Shown: positions 37,277 to 46,621 of the stretch, in pieces
Position numbering within the stretch: the first letter of the stretch is position 1
Layout of the letters: the number at the start of each line of letters is the position of its first letter
NCBI GenBank assembly: GCA_944388585.1
Contig: CALXJI010000003.1
Span: 79,360 to 143,359, forward strand
Direction of reading: 5' to 3'
Length of the DNA: 64,000 nucleotides
Origin: an uncultured Clostridia bacterium
GTDB lineage: Bacteria; Bacillota; Clostridia; TANB77; CAG-465
The notes under the pieces: model-generated
What the model was told of the DNA's origin: nothing
Seen by the model: the letters and a program-made list of their open reading frames with translations, nothing else
Databases searched by the model: none
Position numbers and translations under genes: made by a program

Positions 37277-38404
37277 TTACTCCTCCTCTATATTAATTAA
37301 TTTATATATTATTTCATTTCTTACTTTTTCAAATTTAATAACTCCAATTGATTTTAATAGTTTTTTTAAATTATATCTTATATAAATTTTTTTGCCCGTC
37401 AATATATATTTATCTATAAAAAAACTATCTTTTATTACACCATATATGATTATATCTAATTTATTTTCAATTACTTTTATTAGTTCTTTTTTTCCTTTAA
37501 ATTTATTTATTATAAATTTACTTTTCCTTAATAGCCTTTCGTCTATAAATCTTGTTTCACTAGCAAATTCTCTTATCATACTTTTAAAAAATTGTATGCA
37601 AAAAATATATTCTACATTTAATTCTTCAAAAATATTATACATACTATTTAGCATAACTGTAGAAGTATCTACAATTACATAGTCATAATAATTACTAAAA
37701 TATACTAATAAATCAATTATATTTTTATTTTTTATAATAGGAATACTTTTAGAATTTAAAATATACTTAATATTATTGCTTTTTATATTATTGCTCTGAT
37801 AGCTTATCAAATCTTTTATATCTTCTTTTTTTATATCTTCTATTAAATTATTTAAGCCATAGTTTTTATCACTACTAACATATAAATCAAGGCATGGATA
37901 TATAAAATCAAAATCTAATATTATAACATTTTTATTTGTATTTTTTACTATTTCTTCCGAAAGAATTCTACAAAGAATTGTTTTACCAGATTTTCTTAAT
38001 CCTGTAACAATAAAAATATTACTTTTATTTTGACTCTTTTTATATATAATCATCTTAGGATTATTTATATTTTCTAATATTTCATCAAAAGAAATGTAAT
38101 TTCCTACAATAATATTAAAAATTTCTTTAGCAAATAATTTTTCTTTCATTTCTTTATTTAAATCACTTAATATTACAACTATTCTATTCTTACTATTTTT
38201 ATCTTTTATAGTATATAAATACTCTATAAAGTCCACTTTTCCTTTTACTTTATCTCTTGTTATTACAATTATTTCTTCTTCAAAAGTGATACTCTTTAAA
38301 ACCTGTTCTTTAGTTGAAAATATGAATATTTCATACTTATTTATGTACATATTTTTTATTTTATCTTCTAAATATTTATTATTCAATGCTATTATCATTT
38401 TCAT
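37277..38404 (-). CDS. P-loop NTPase, ParA/MinD/CpaE(TadZ)-like fold, with N-terminal receiver-like region
   Basis: Canonical Walker A GLRKSGKT at aa ~135, Walker B-like VIILDFD, then YVIVDTST as in ParA-type ATPases; ~120-aa N-terminal extension. Confidence 0.45.
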   Translation of the reverse strand: MKMIIALNNKYLEDKIKNMYINKYEIFIFSTKEQVLKSITFEEEIIVITRDKVKGKVDFIEYLYTIKDKNSKNRIVVILSDLNKEMKEKLFAKEIFNIIVGNYISFDEILENINNPKMIIYKKSQNKSNIFIVTGLRKSGKTILCRILSEEIVKNTNKNVIILDFDFIYPCLDLYVSSDKNYGLNNLIEDIKKEDIKDLISYQSNNIKSNNIKYILNSKSIPIIKNKNIIDLLVYFSNYYDYVIVDTSTVMLNSMYNIFEELNVEYIFCIQFFKSMIREFASETRFIDERLLRKSKFIINKFKGKKELIKVIENKLDIIIYGVIKDSFFIDKYILTGKKIYIRYNLKKLLKSIGVIKFEKVRNEIIYKLINIEEE

Positions 38405-39929
38405 TTAAAATTATCCTTTCATATTCATTAGCACTAATTACTATAGGAGCTTTATTGTTTGATATAGATAATATTGCTTCACCTTTTTGTAGATTACTTA
38501 TATTAAATTCTGATAAATCAATAAAACTACTTAAATTCTCTACATCCTTATATACCATTTTAAAAATAAGTTTAAACGACGAATTATTTAATATACTTTT
38601 TGCAAAAATTCCATTATCATATGTAAAAAAATCATTTATATCTTGAGTTATTGTAATAATAGAAGCACGTCTTTTTCTAATTGTTTTATACATATTTGAT
38701 ATACTTAATAAAAGTTGTTTACTTTGAGCATATTTCCACATTTCATCTATATATATAATAGTATTCTTTCCGTCTAAATAGCTATTTACTATATTATTTA
38801 AGACATATGAAATAATAGTAGAATCACTATTAAAATAATTAACATCAAATATGTATAAATTTTTTTCTAATGATATATTAGTTTTATCTGAAAAGAATTT
38901 AATATTAGATTTTATTTTATCATCCAATAATTTTTTTAAATATTTATCCTCAACAGTTTCAACTAAATCTTTTAATGTAGGAAATTTATCATAATTTATA
39001 ATGGTACTATCTAAGCATATCTTGCCATCTTCTTCTGTTTTTAAAATAGTGTTAATGTCTTCAGTTATATTAAATTTAAAATATATATCTTTTATTTTAA
39101 GTTTTAAATATTCAATATATATCTTTTCAATACCACATATTTCTACTAAAAAATTTATCACTTTTTTTATTTTTTCATCTAAAAAGCTTTTATCATTTAT
39201 ATTTTTTAAATCATTTTTGGTTATTTGTAATAAATTAAAATAACAACCATCTGTTATTATCTGCCCCTCAAGTTGATTACAAAGATAAAAATATTCTTTC
39301 TCAATATCTAAAACAATCTGATTTATATTTTTAAAAAAATTTCTTATAATATTTAGCTTAACAAAATAAGATTTTCCACTGCCACTACTTCCAAAAATAC
39401 ACATATTTGAATTTTCATATTTATTAGAAAATATATCTAATATACATATTTTATTATCTAATTTAGTATATCCTATAAAAACCCCATTTATATCTACAAA
39501 ATTACTACTAATATATGGAAATAAATTAGTTAATACGCTACTTGTAACAAATAAGTTATAGTTAATTTCTTTTTTTATTGGTAAATTCAAAAGATAATAA
39601 TCTAATTGTCTAAAATTAGTAATCTCTGAAATAAAATTTTTAGAATAAAGTTTAGATTTAAAACTTGACAAAATATTTAATAAATTTACTATATTATCTG
39701 AATAAAACGTTAAAGTTATATTTAAATTATATATTTCTTGATTTTCAATTTGAATTTTTCTTCTAAGTTCTTTTGCCTCTTTAGATGTCCTATCTATAAT
39801 ATCTATATTACTTTGATTTTCTTTAATAGTATGCTTTTCACTCTCAGACCTTCCAATGGTATATGAAATGTCATTTAAGACCTTATATGCATCTAATTTT
39901 TTTATATATAAAGACATGTCATAATCCAC
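38379..39929 (-). CDS. VirB4/TrsE/HerA-superfamily (AAA_10/DUF87) ATPase, C-terminal ATPase portion; in-frame open extension continues to 40091 with no canonical start
   Basis: Walker A FGSSGSGKSYF; motif IVLDIEKEYFYL..EGQII (compare VirB4 DPEGEY..GG); arginine-finger/sensor RKRRASIITITQDINDF (VirB4/HerA RK..TQ..D). ORF-track start is GTG at 39929; the 50 codons upstream are stop-free in 25%-GC DNA. Confidence 0.6.
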   Translation of the reverse strand: MDYDMSLYIKKLDAYKVLNDISYTIGRSESEKHTIKENQSNIDIIDRTSKEAKELRRKIQIENQEIYNLNITLTFYSDNIVNLLNILSSFKSKLYSKNFISEITNFRQLDYYLLNLPIKKEINYNLFVTSSVLTNLFPYISSNFVDINGVFIGYTKLDNKICILDIFSNKYENSNMCIFGSSGSGKSYFVKLNIIRNFFKNINQIVLDIEKEYFYLCNQLEGQIITDGCYFNLLQITKNDLKNINDKSFLDEKIKKVINFLVEICGIEKIYIEYLKLKIKDIYFKFNITEDINTILKTEEDGKICLDSTIINYDKFPTLKDLVETVEDKYLKKLLDDKIKSNIKFFSDKTNISLEKNLYIFDVNYFNSDSTIISYVLNNIVNSYLDGKNTIIYIDEMWKYAQSKQLLLSISNMYKTIRKRRASIITITQDINDFFTYDNGIFAKSILNNSSFKLIFKMVYKDVENLSSFIDLSEFNISNLQKGEAILSISNNKAPIVISANEYERIILNENDNSIE

Positions 39930-40075
39930 AGCTTTATCTATGGCATTTATTAAATCTAAGAAAAAAATATATTCAGGTAAAGAAGTAATATGTAAAGAAG
40001 CTATATATTTATTATCTACTACAACATATCTTAAATTAGTATTATCTATATAATCTGGTAAAACTTCATTTATGT

Positions 40076-40627
40076 CTATAATATCACCTCTTTATTAATT
40101 GTCTCATACATCAAAAATTGTAGTTTTTCCTTAGACATTATTCTTTTTGTATTACATCCAATATTATCTATTCTTCTTATTAAATTATCTATATTATTAA
40201 TATCATAGTCAGAATCACTTTTAAAAGATATTACTAAATAAAATTTTGTTGTATAGATTTTCTCATTTTCTAATTGCTTACTTATACTTGAAATATAATT
40301 ATTTACATGACTTAAATATCTCTTACTTCCATTCTTATTTATACATATCTTAAGATTTGATATATACTTATCAATATTTATTTTTTTATTTGATATAAAA
40401 ATTTGAAATTCTAAATTAAATTCACGAAGAAACTCACCATATAGATTTAAAATATTTGATTGAACGTCTATTGAAAAATTTAAAAAAGTAACAGGCTCTA
40501 CTTCATAAATATATACTTTTTTTACGAAATCTTTTTCTTTTATTAATATATATTTATCTGTAATATTTATAAGATTAAATATTTCATTTACATCTGCATA
40601 TTTTATATTTATCCCTCCATTTCTTAA
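40076..40627 (-). pseudogene. ORF resembling a VirB4 N-terminal domain, with no ATG/GTG/TTG start; possibly the frameshifted 5' part of the ATPase gene
   Basis: Stop-free 183-codon frame (..ADVNEIFNLINITDKYILIKEKDFVKKVYIYEVEPVTFLNFSIDVQS..) bounded by TAA at 40628 and TAG at 40076. SD GGAGGG is followed by ATA AAT ATA; the only nearby ATG is out of frame (MQM*). The frame is +1 relative to the downstream ATPase frame and overlaps it by 16 nt. Confidence 0.4.
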
Positions 40628-40690
40628 TTAAAACTTATACCATCATTTTCTTATAACGTCAATATTTTTTTACTGATTTTTTATCGCAAC

Positions 40691-40704
40691 TTTCGACACT
40701 ATAA
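40691..40704 (+). promoter_or_regulatory. Spo0A-box (TTCGACA = TGTCGAA on the opposite strand) abutting a TATAAT -10
   Basis: TTTCGACACTATAAT about 75 nt upstream of the 40778 operon; part of the repeat TCGCAA-N-TTTCGACA. Confidence 0.4.
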
Positions 40705-40777
40705 TTTAAATTTTCAATATTAAATTATCACAAACTAAAAAACAATGCATATAATTTAATATATAGGAGATGATAAT

Positions 40778-40933
40778 ATGAATGATAATAATATCAATAA
40801 AAAATTAATGGACGTATTAGGCTCTTTAGATAAAGATAAAATAGAGCAAGTAACAAAAATGGTTCAAAATATGTCTAGTGAAGATCTAAACAATATTGCA
40901 AAAATGCTAGGGGTAAATAACAAGAACAAATAA
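40778..40933 (+). CDS. small hypothetical protein (51 aa)
   Basis: SD TAGGAGATG; MNDNNINKKLMDVLGSLDKDKIEQVTKMV..; first gene of a three-gene + strand operon. Confidence 0.4.
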   Translation: MNDNNINKKLMDVLGSLDKDKIEQVTKMVQNMSSEDLNNIAKMLGVNNKNK

Positions 40934-40934
40934 T

Positions 40935-41300
40935 ATGAATGATGATAATAAAGATGCTTTAAATAATCTTATTAATAGCATTCAAGAAAAAATGAATGGT
41001 AATGAAAGCAGTCAAAAAGAAGAAAATAATGGCTCATTTGATTTGTCTTCAATATTAAATGCCTTCAATCAAAGTAAAGAAGAAAATAGTAATAATACTG
41101 AATCTTCTTTTGATCCTTCGCTTCTTTTAAAAATTCAAAAAATAATTAGTAGTATGAATAACAATAATCCTAAAAAGGATTTACTGCTTTCTTTAAAACC
41201 TTTTCTTAGAAAATCTAGACAAGACAAAATGAATGAATATCTAACCATTTTAAATGTTATATCTGCTTTAGAAGCTTTTAAAAATAAGGATAGTGATTAA
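40935..41300 (+). CDS. hypothetical protein (121 aa), possibly sporulation-related
   Basis: 2-nt gap from the previous gene; low-complexity N/S-rich N-terminus, helical C-terminus. Confidence 0.4.
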   Translation: MNDDNKDALNNLINSIQEKMNGNESSQKEENNGSFDLSSILNAFNQSKEENSNNTESSFDPSLLLKIQKIISSMNNNNPKKDLLLSLKPFLRKSRQDKMNEYLTILNVISALEAFKNKDSD

Positions 41301-41302
41301 AT

Positions 41303-41728
41303 ATGTATTATTATAATTATAATCCATTTTATATGCGCAATAGAAACTATTATTATAATAGAAATATGCAAAATATATCAGAAAATGTTGAAAGTGAAAA
41401 AAAAGATACTGAATCACAACAAAGTGATACAATATCCTTTCAAAAATTCTACAATAATAATGCCAATCCAAACTGTGATAACACTATTAACGAAAGTGAA
41501 GAAAAAATACACACTAATAATTCTACTAAAAAAAGAAATAATAAGTTTATTTCATTTGATAGAACACAAATAAATTTGTTAGGCTTCACCTTTGAAATAG
41601 ATGATTTAATAATAATAGGAATAATCATATTATTACTATTGGAATCAGATGAAAATTATGCATTAATTATTATATTAGGATTAATTTTATTAAATGTAAA
41701 TTTAAGTGATATTCTTAATATTTTCTAA
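41303..41728 (+). CDS. hypothetical Tyr/Asn-rich protein with C-terminal TM helices (141 aa)
   Basis: MYYYNYNPFYMRNRNYYYNR low-complexity start; C-terminal LIIIGIIILLLLE..IIILGLILL hydrophobic segments. Confidence 0.4.
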   Translation: MYYYNYNPFYMRNRNYYYNRNMQNISENVESEKKDTESQQSDTISFQKFYNNNANPNCDNTINESEEKIHTNNSTKKRNNKFISFDRTQINLLGFTFEIDDLIIIGIIILLLLESDENYALIIILGLILLNVNLSDILNIF

Positions 41729-41851
41729 ATAATATTTTGTAAGTAATACATCTATTTCTTCACTCGTTTTTAATATCTGCTCGTATGAACAATTTTCTTC
41801 AATTTCTTTGTCTAATTTTTGTTTTAAAAACTCGATCTCATTAGTTATCAT
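41702..41851 (-). CDS. Spo0E-like sporulation regulatory phosphatase family protein (49 aa), not in the ORF track
   Basis: MITNEIEFLKQKLDKEIEENCSYEQILKTSEEIDVLLTKYYLENIKNIT fits the Spo0E-like helix-loop-helix (IE.LR..L...; S.ELD.LI..Y); SD AAGAGGAG; TTGACT-17-TATAAA promoter and a Spo0A box upstream. Confidence 0.5.
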   Translation of the reverse strand: MITNEIEFLKQKLDKEIEENCSYEQILKTSEEIDVLLTKYYLENIKNIT

Positions 41852-41932
41852 ACATATCTCCTCTTTTTTTACATATTTATACCATTTGTTGACTTATTAG
41901 TCAACATTTTTGATATACTTTTTCGTCGCAAG

Positions 41933-41947
41933 TTTCGACATATATAT
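41933..41947. promoter_or_regulatory. Spo0A-box-containing 15-mer TTTCGACATATATAT (copy 2)
   Basis: Identical 15-mer also at 23257-23271; contains TTCGACA. Confidence 0.4.
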
Positions 41948-42021
41948 CTCGTGGTATAAAACTAGTTTATGCAACTAATAAAATTTAATTTACTATATAT
42001 AAAAATTAGTGATATTTCTTA

Positions 42022-43311
42022 CTATTTAGATATAATTTTTGAAGAAACTTGATTATCAATAGTTAGTTTATTTAAGAAATTCCTTATATCTTCTTTGGTT
42101 ATTCCTTTTAAAACCTCTATTTGATAATATACATCTGTCTTATTAAGTATAGAATCAATAATTCTTCTATAACTTACATTCAAATTATCTGATGAAAGAA
42201 TAGCTTCTCCTATCTTTTTCTTTTTTATTATATTAAACATTTCATCATCAACGGGCATGTTTTTTATTTTTTCTATATACTCTAATATATCTTTTTCTAC
42301 CTCATCAATCTTAGTTGAAAGAGTTGATATTATAACATGTGAAAATGAATCACTTCCTTCATATTGCATATCTATACTATCATTAACTTTTCCAGAGTTG
42401 TATTCTTTTTCAAAAAAATCTGATTGTTTAGAAAAATACATATCTGATATAATATTAACAATTATCTCATTTTTTAATATTTCTTTACCTTCCGCTAAAT
42501 CTAATTTATATCCTATACAAAGTTGAGGTAAATATATATCCATTTTTTGCACTATTTCTTTTTGTGCTATTTTCTTTTCTTCCTCTGTCCTAAATTTCTG
42601 AATCTTATTTTTAGGCAAGTTTTTATTTTCATATTTTTTTAAGTTTTCTTCTATTAAATTAATTGTATGTTCTACATCAACATCTCCTACAACAATAAAA
42701 AACATATTTTGAGGACTATAAAAAGTATTATAACAAGTATATAATAATTCTTTTGTTATATGAGATATTGATTCTATTGTTCCAGCTATATCAATTTTTA
42801 CAGGATTTTGATTATACATTGCACGTAATGCATTAAAATATACCATAAAATTAGGATCATCATCATACATACTTATCTCTTGACCTATGATACCTTGTTC
42901 TTTTTGAACGTTTTCATCCGTAAAATAAGGCTCTTTTATTAATTTTACAAGCATTTCAATTGACTCATCAAATTTTTCTGATGTTTCAAAAAAATATACA
43001 GTCTGATCAAAAGAAGTATATGCGTTTGATGAAACACCCATTTTAGAAAATAAATCTAGTGCATTTGCTCCTTCTTTTTCAAACAATTTATGCTCTAAAA
43101 AATGAGCGATACCATCAGGTACTTTAGTTCTTTTATTAGTATTAATATCTATAAAATCGTTATCTACAGATCCATATTTTGTTCCAAACATTCCTATTTT
43201 TTTTGAAAATCCCTGTTTTTTACAAATATACACTTCAAGTCCATCAGGTAAAGTTGTAGTAAAAGTACTTTCTCCTAATTCTTGAGAATTCATGACAGCT
43301 ATTTTATTCAT
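42022..43311 (-). CDS. M16-family zinc peptidase (catalytic subunit, HxxEH)
   Basis: GIAHFLEHKLFEKEG inverted zinc-binding motif of pitrilysin/insulinase family. Confidence 0.8.
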   Translation of the reverse strand: MNKIAVMNSQELGESTFTTTLPDGLEVYICKKQGFSKKIGMFGTKYGSVDNDFIDINTNKRTKVPDGIAHFLEHKLFEKEGANALDLFSKMGVSSNAYTSFDQTVYFFETSEKFDESIEMLVKLIKEPYFTDENVQKEQGIIGQEISMYDDDPNFMVYFNALRAMYNQNPVKIDIAGTIESISHITKELLYTCYNTFYSPQNMFFIVVGDVDVEHTINLIEENLKKYENKNLPKNKIQKFRTEEEKKIAQKEIVQKMDIYLPQLCIGYKLDLAEGKEILKNEIIVNIISDMYFSKQSDFFEKEYNSGKVNDSIDMQYEGSDSFSHVIISTLSTKIDEVEKDILEYIEKIKNMPVDDEMFNIIKKKKIGEAILSSDNLNVSYRRIIDSILNKTDVYYQIEVLKGITKEDIRNFLNKLTIDNQVSSKIISK

Positions 43312-44551
43312 CTATCTCACCTCCAAGTAAAAACACCTTTTCAATTTCAATCTTATTTGCAACTTCTGTTACATCTTCAATTTTAACATTTTTAATCTCT
43401 TCTCGCATTTGATCAATAGATATATCTGCATCCTTAAAAGCAATTAAATTAGATAATTTCATTTTTGCCATAGCAACTTTTGAGTCCTTCCATTCTAAAA
43501 GATCAGCAAGTAAACTATCTCTTGCACTTTTAAATTCTATATCTGTTATATTTCCTTTTCTCATATCTTCAAGTTGCATTTTTATTACTTCCAATGCTTT
43601 TGAATAATTCTCCTTATTAATTCCAGCATATATTACAATTATATCTTTAAATCTATAATATCTTGATCTTACAGTATAAGCAAGTGATTCTTTTTCTCTA
43701 ACATTTTGAAACAATTTAGATGATGGTGTAGTACCTAAAATAGCATTATATACATTCAATACATAAAAATCTTTTGGTGTACATTCCTTTATTCTAAGTC
43801 CTAAAGATAAAACACTTTGTGTTGTATCTTGAATTTCTTTTACTTCTTCGTATTTATAATTTTCTTGTTTTTTTATATTATATTTTAAATTTTCAATCTT
43901 ACTATTAGGATTTCTATCATACTGTTTAAATATTTTTTCCACATCATTTTCTATGTTATCATATCCATCTAAATTTCCAGATATAATTACAGTTAAACTA
44001 TTATTTATTAATCTATTATATGCACCATTTATATCATATACTTCAAGTTTTTCAACAACATCTTTTTCACCATATAAATATGTACCAAAAGGCTCACCTT
44101 TACAAAGTAACTCTTCAGCTCTTTGTATACCATATTTTAACTTTTCATCTTTTCTTTCATTTATTCTTTGCAATATAAAATCTCTTTCTCTATCTAATAT
44201 ATCCTGTGTCCAATCTGCTGGGTTATATATCATTTCTCTTAAAAATAATAATACTTTTTCTAATAATTCTTCTTTACTTGGAATAAATTTTTTATTTACA
44301 AACTCAACTCTAAATTCTAGATTATATAAATCTCCAAACTTTTCAATATTTACATCAAAATTTGCTCCATATAAAGAATTTAAGTATTTTTCTATATCCT
44401 TCTGTGTAGTATATTTTTTAGAGCTCTTTGCCATTAAAGATGCAAGTACAGCATAGCTTGAAAAAATTTTCGTATCACTAACTTCTTGTGTAAAATTATA
44501 TGATATATAAATACTTTTAAACTTGTTATTATTAATTTTATAAATATTCAT
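43304..44551 (-). CDS. M16-family peptidase-like protein (non-catalytic partner; no HxxEH)
   Basis: 415 aa, overlaps the start of the catalytic M16 gene; M16 fold pattern without zinc motif, as in YmfF/YmfH-type pairs. Confidence 0.6.
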   Translation of the reverse strand: MNIYKINNNKFKSIYISYNFTQEVSDTKIFSSYAVLASLMAKSSKKYTTQKDIEKYLNSLYGANFDVNIEKFGDLYNLEFRVEFVNKKFIPSKEELLEKVLLFLREMIYNPADWTQDILDRERDFILQRINERKDEKLKYGIQRAEELLCKGEPFGTYLYGEKDVVEKLEVYDINGAYNRLINNSLTVIISGNLDGYDNIENDVEKIFKQYDRNPNSKIENLKYNIKKQENYKYEEVKEIQDTTQSVLSLGLRIKECTPKDFYVLNVYNAILGTTPSSKLFQNVREKESLAYTVRSRYYRFKDIIVIYAGINKENYSKALEVIKMQLEDMRKGNITDIEFKSARDSLLADLLEWKDSKVAMAKMKLSNLIAFKDADISIDQMREEIKNVKIEDVTEVANKIEIEKVFLLGGEIDE

Positions 44552-44601
44552 TTAACCTCTCCTTTACATTAAATTAAGCCAAGATTTAACTTGGCTTTTA
44601 C

Positions 44602-45045
44602 TTAAATATTAGCAAGTTTTTCTTTTACTATATCACTTACTAATTTTCCATCTGCTTTTCCAGCAGTCTTAGGTCTTAAAATTGACATTACCTTTCCCAT
44701 ATCTTTCATAGATATAGCTTGAGATTCGATAATAGCTTGGTCAACTAGTTTCTCAATCTCTTCTTTTGACAATTGCTCTGGTAAGTATTTAGATAAAACT
44801 TCAATCTCTTTTTTTAAACCTTCAACAATATCTTCTCTATTTGCATCTTCATATTCTTTAAGAGATTCTTTTCTTTTTTTAACCTCTTTAGCAACAATAG
44901 CGCAAATTTCATCATCATTTAAAGTTTTTTGTGTATCTTTTTCTACTTGAAGTATTGATGCTCTAAGCATTGTTATTGCATCCTTTTTAATAGTATCTTT
45001 TTCCTTCATTGCCTCTTTTAAATCTTGTAATAATTGTTCCTTCAT
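44602..45045 (-). CDS. GatB/YqeY-domain protein
   Basis: 147 aa; LKEAMKEKDTIKKDAITMLRASI..GKADGKLVSDIVKEKL pattern of YqeY. Confidence 0.7.
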   Translation of the reverse strand: MKEQLLQDLKEAMKEKDTIKKDAITMLRASILQVEKDTQKTLNDDEICAIVAKEVKKRKESLKEYEDANREDIVEGLKKEIEVLSKYLPEQLSKEEIEKLVDQAIIESQAISMKDMGKVMSILRPKTAGKADGKLVSDIVKEKLANI

Positions 45046-45083
45046 TTATATTATCTCCCTTCATTAAAATTATATGTATTTTT

Positions 45084-46157
45084 TTAAATATTATTTACTT
45101 TAAAATTATTACTTACTGTACTATCCGATTTTATCTCTCTATTTTTAATCATGCTAACAATCCATAAAACAATAAATATTGTTGACATTCCAACTAATAA
45201 TGCAAGTTTCCAAACATCTTGAGTAATTAATGAAATAGCTATTATACATAAAGTACTTGTTACTGTATATAATATTAATACTGCTTGTCTTTGAGTAAAT
45301 CCCGCTTTTATTAGTCTATGATGTACATGTCCTCCATCAGGTGCAAACAATGGCTTTCTTTTTATAGCTCTTCTTACCATCGCAAAAACTGTATCAAATA
45401 TTGGTACACCAAGTATAAGTACTGGAGCTAAATATTCAACCGTAGTATATCCTCGAGAAAATCCAAGAATTGTAACGCATGCCATTGTAAATCCTAAAAA
45501 ATTTGAGCTACAATCTCCCATAAAAGTCTTTGCTGGATTAAAGTTATACGGTAAAAATCCAATTCCCGCTCCTACTACTGCAGCTGTTATTATGATTGCT
45601 TCTAAACTTGAAGAAGTAGATATAAATAGCATAAGTAAAGATAGCGCTGAAATTGAAGTAAGCCCTGCTGCAAGTCCGTCAAGTCCATCTATTAAATTCA
45701 TAGCATTAAGTACGGTTATAATCCATAAAAAAGTAACTGGTAATGAAAATATTCCTAAATTAATGCTTCCGATATTTTCGATTCTTACTCCAAATATAAA
45801 TACTATAAAAATAGCAGCAAATTCAAATATAGCTTTATATCTAGCTTTAAGAGTAAAGATATCATCTATTATTCCCATTGTAAATATTAAAATAGCTCCA
45901 ATTAAATATCCATAAAATTGTGTATTAAAAGCTATCGATTCAACATCTTTTGTAATTATATAATATACAAACATAGCAATCATTGCAGAAGCAAATATTG
46001 CTATTCCTCCACATCTTGGCATTGGTTTTGAATGTACCCTTCGACTATCTTTTGGAACATCCACAAGTCCATGTTTCTTACACATAGATATAACAAATGG
46101 TGTTAATATAATACAGCAGACAAAAGCTATTACAACTATACTATAAACTATCGCCAT
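45084..46157 (-). CDS. polyprenyl-phosphate N-acetylhexosamine-1-phosphate transferase (MraY/WecA/TagO family, Glycos_transf_4)
   Basis: Multi-TM; NAMNLIDGLDGLAAG signature of the MraY-like family. Confidence 0.75.
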   Translation of the reverse strand: MAIVYSIVVIAFVCCIILTPFVISMCKKHGLVDVPKDSRRVHSKPMPRCGGIAIFASAMIAMFVYYIITKDVESIAFNTQFYGYLIGAILIFTMGIIDDIFTLKARYKAIFEFAAIFIVFIFGVRIENIGSINLGIFSLPVTFLWIITVLNAMNLIDGLDGLAAGLTSISALSLLMLFISTSSSLEAIIITAAVVGAGIGFLPYNFNPAKTFMGDCSSNFLGFTMACVTILGFSRGYTTVEYLAPVLILGVPIFDTVFAMVRRAIKRKPLFAPDGGHVHHRLIKAGFTQRQAVLILYTVTSTLCIIAISLITQDVWKLALLVGMSTIFIVLWIVSMIKNREIKSDSTVSNNFKVNNI

Positions 46158-46608
46158 ACTCTACACCATCCTTTTGACAGTCTTCTATTTTTTTTATTTT
46201 ATCTATTCTTCTTTGATGCCTTCCACCAGCAAACTCTGTTGATATAAACGTATCAACAATATCTTCTACTGCAATATTTTCAAGTCTCGCTCCCAAACAT
46301 AATACATTTGCATCATTATCTTGCCTTGTCATTTTTGCCATATACTTATCTGTACATACAGAAGCTCTTATTCCATTTACTTTATTACATGCTATGGATA
46401 TACCAATACCTGTTCCACAAATAGCTATTCCTAAACACTTTTTATCAAGAACATTTCTACTTACTATATATCCTATATCTGGATAATCATCTCCTGTTTG
46501 ATCATTAAAATTAGTAACATCTATAACATCTATTCTTTTTTCTTTTAAATGATTAATTATTCTTTTTTTAAGTTCTATCCCTGTATGGTCTGATCCAATT
46601 ATTATCAT
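46141..46608 (-). CDS. rpiB: ribose-5-phosphate isomerase B
   Basis: 155 aa; IIIGSDHTGIELK...CGTGIGISIACNK motifs of RpiB/LacAB. Confidence 0.8.
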   Translation of the reverse strand: MIIIGSDHTGIELKKRIINHLKEKRIDVIDVTNFNDQTGDDYPDIGYIVSRNVLDKKCLGIAICGTGIGISIACNKVNGIRASVCTDKYMAKMTRQDNDANVLCLGARLENIAVEDIVDTFISTEFAGGRHQRRIDKIKKIEDCQKDGVEYGDSL

Positions 46609-46621
46609 ATATACACTTCCT

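Noticed and set aside
41886-41907. Palindrome TTGTTGACTtattAGTCAACA as a possible + strand promoter/terminator
   Set aside because: It contains the -35 (TTGACT) of the minus-strand Spo0E-like promoter. There is no + strand gene downstream for which it could act; weak as a terminator, with only 8 bp and no strong T tract on the minus strand.
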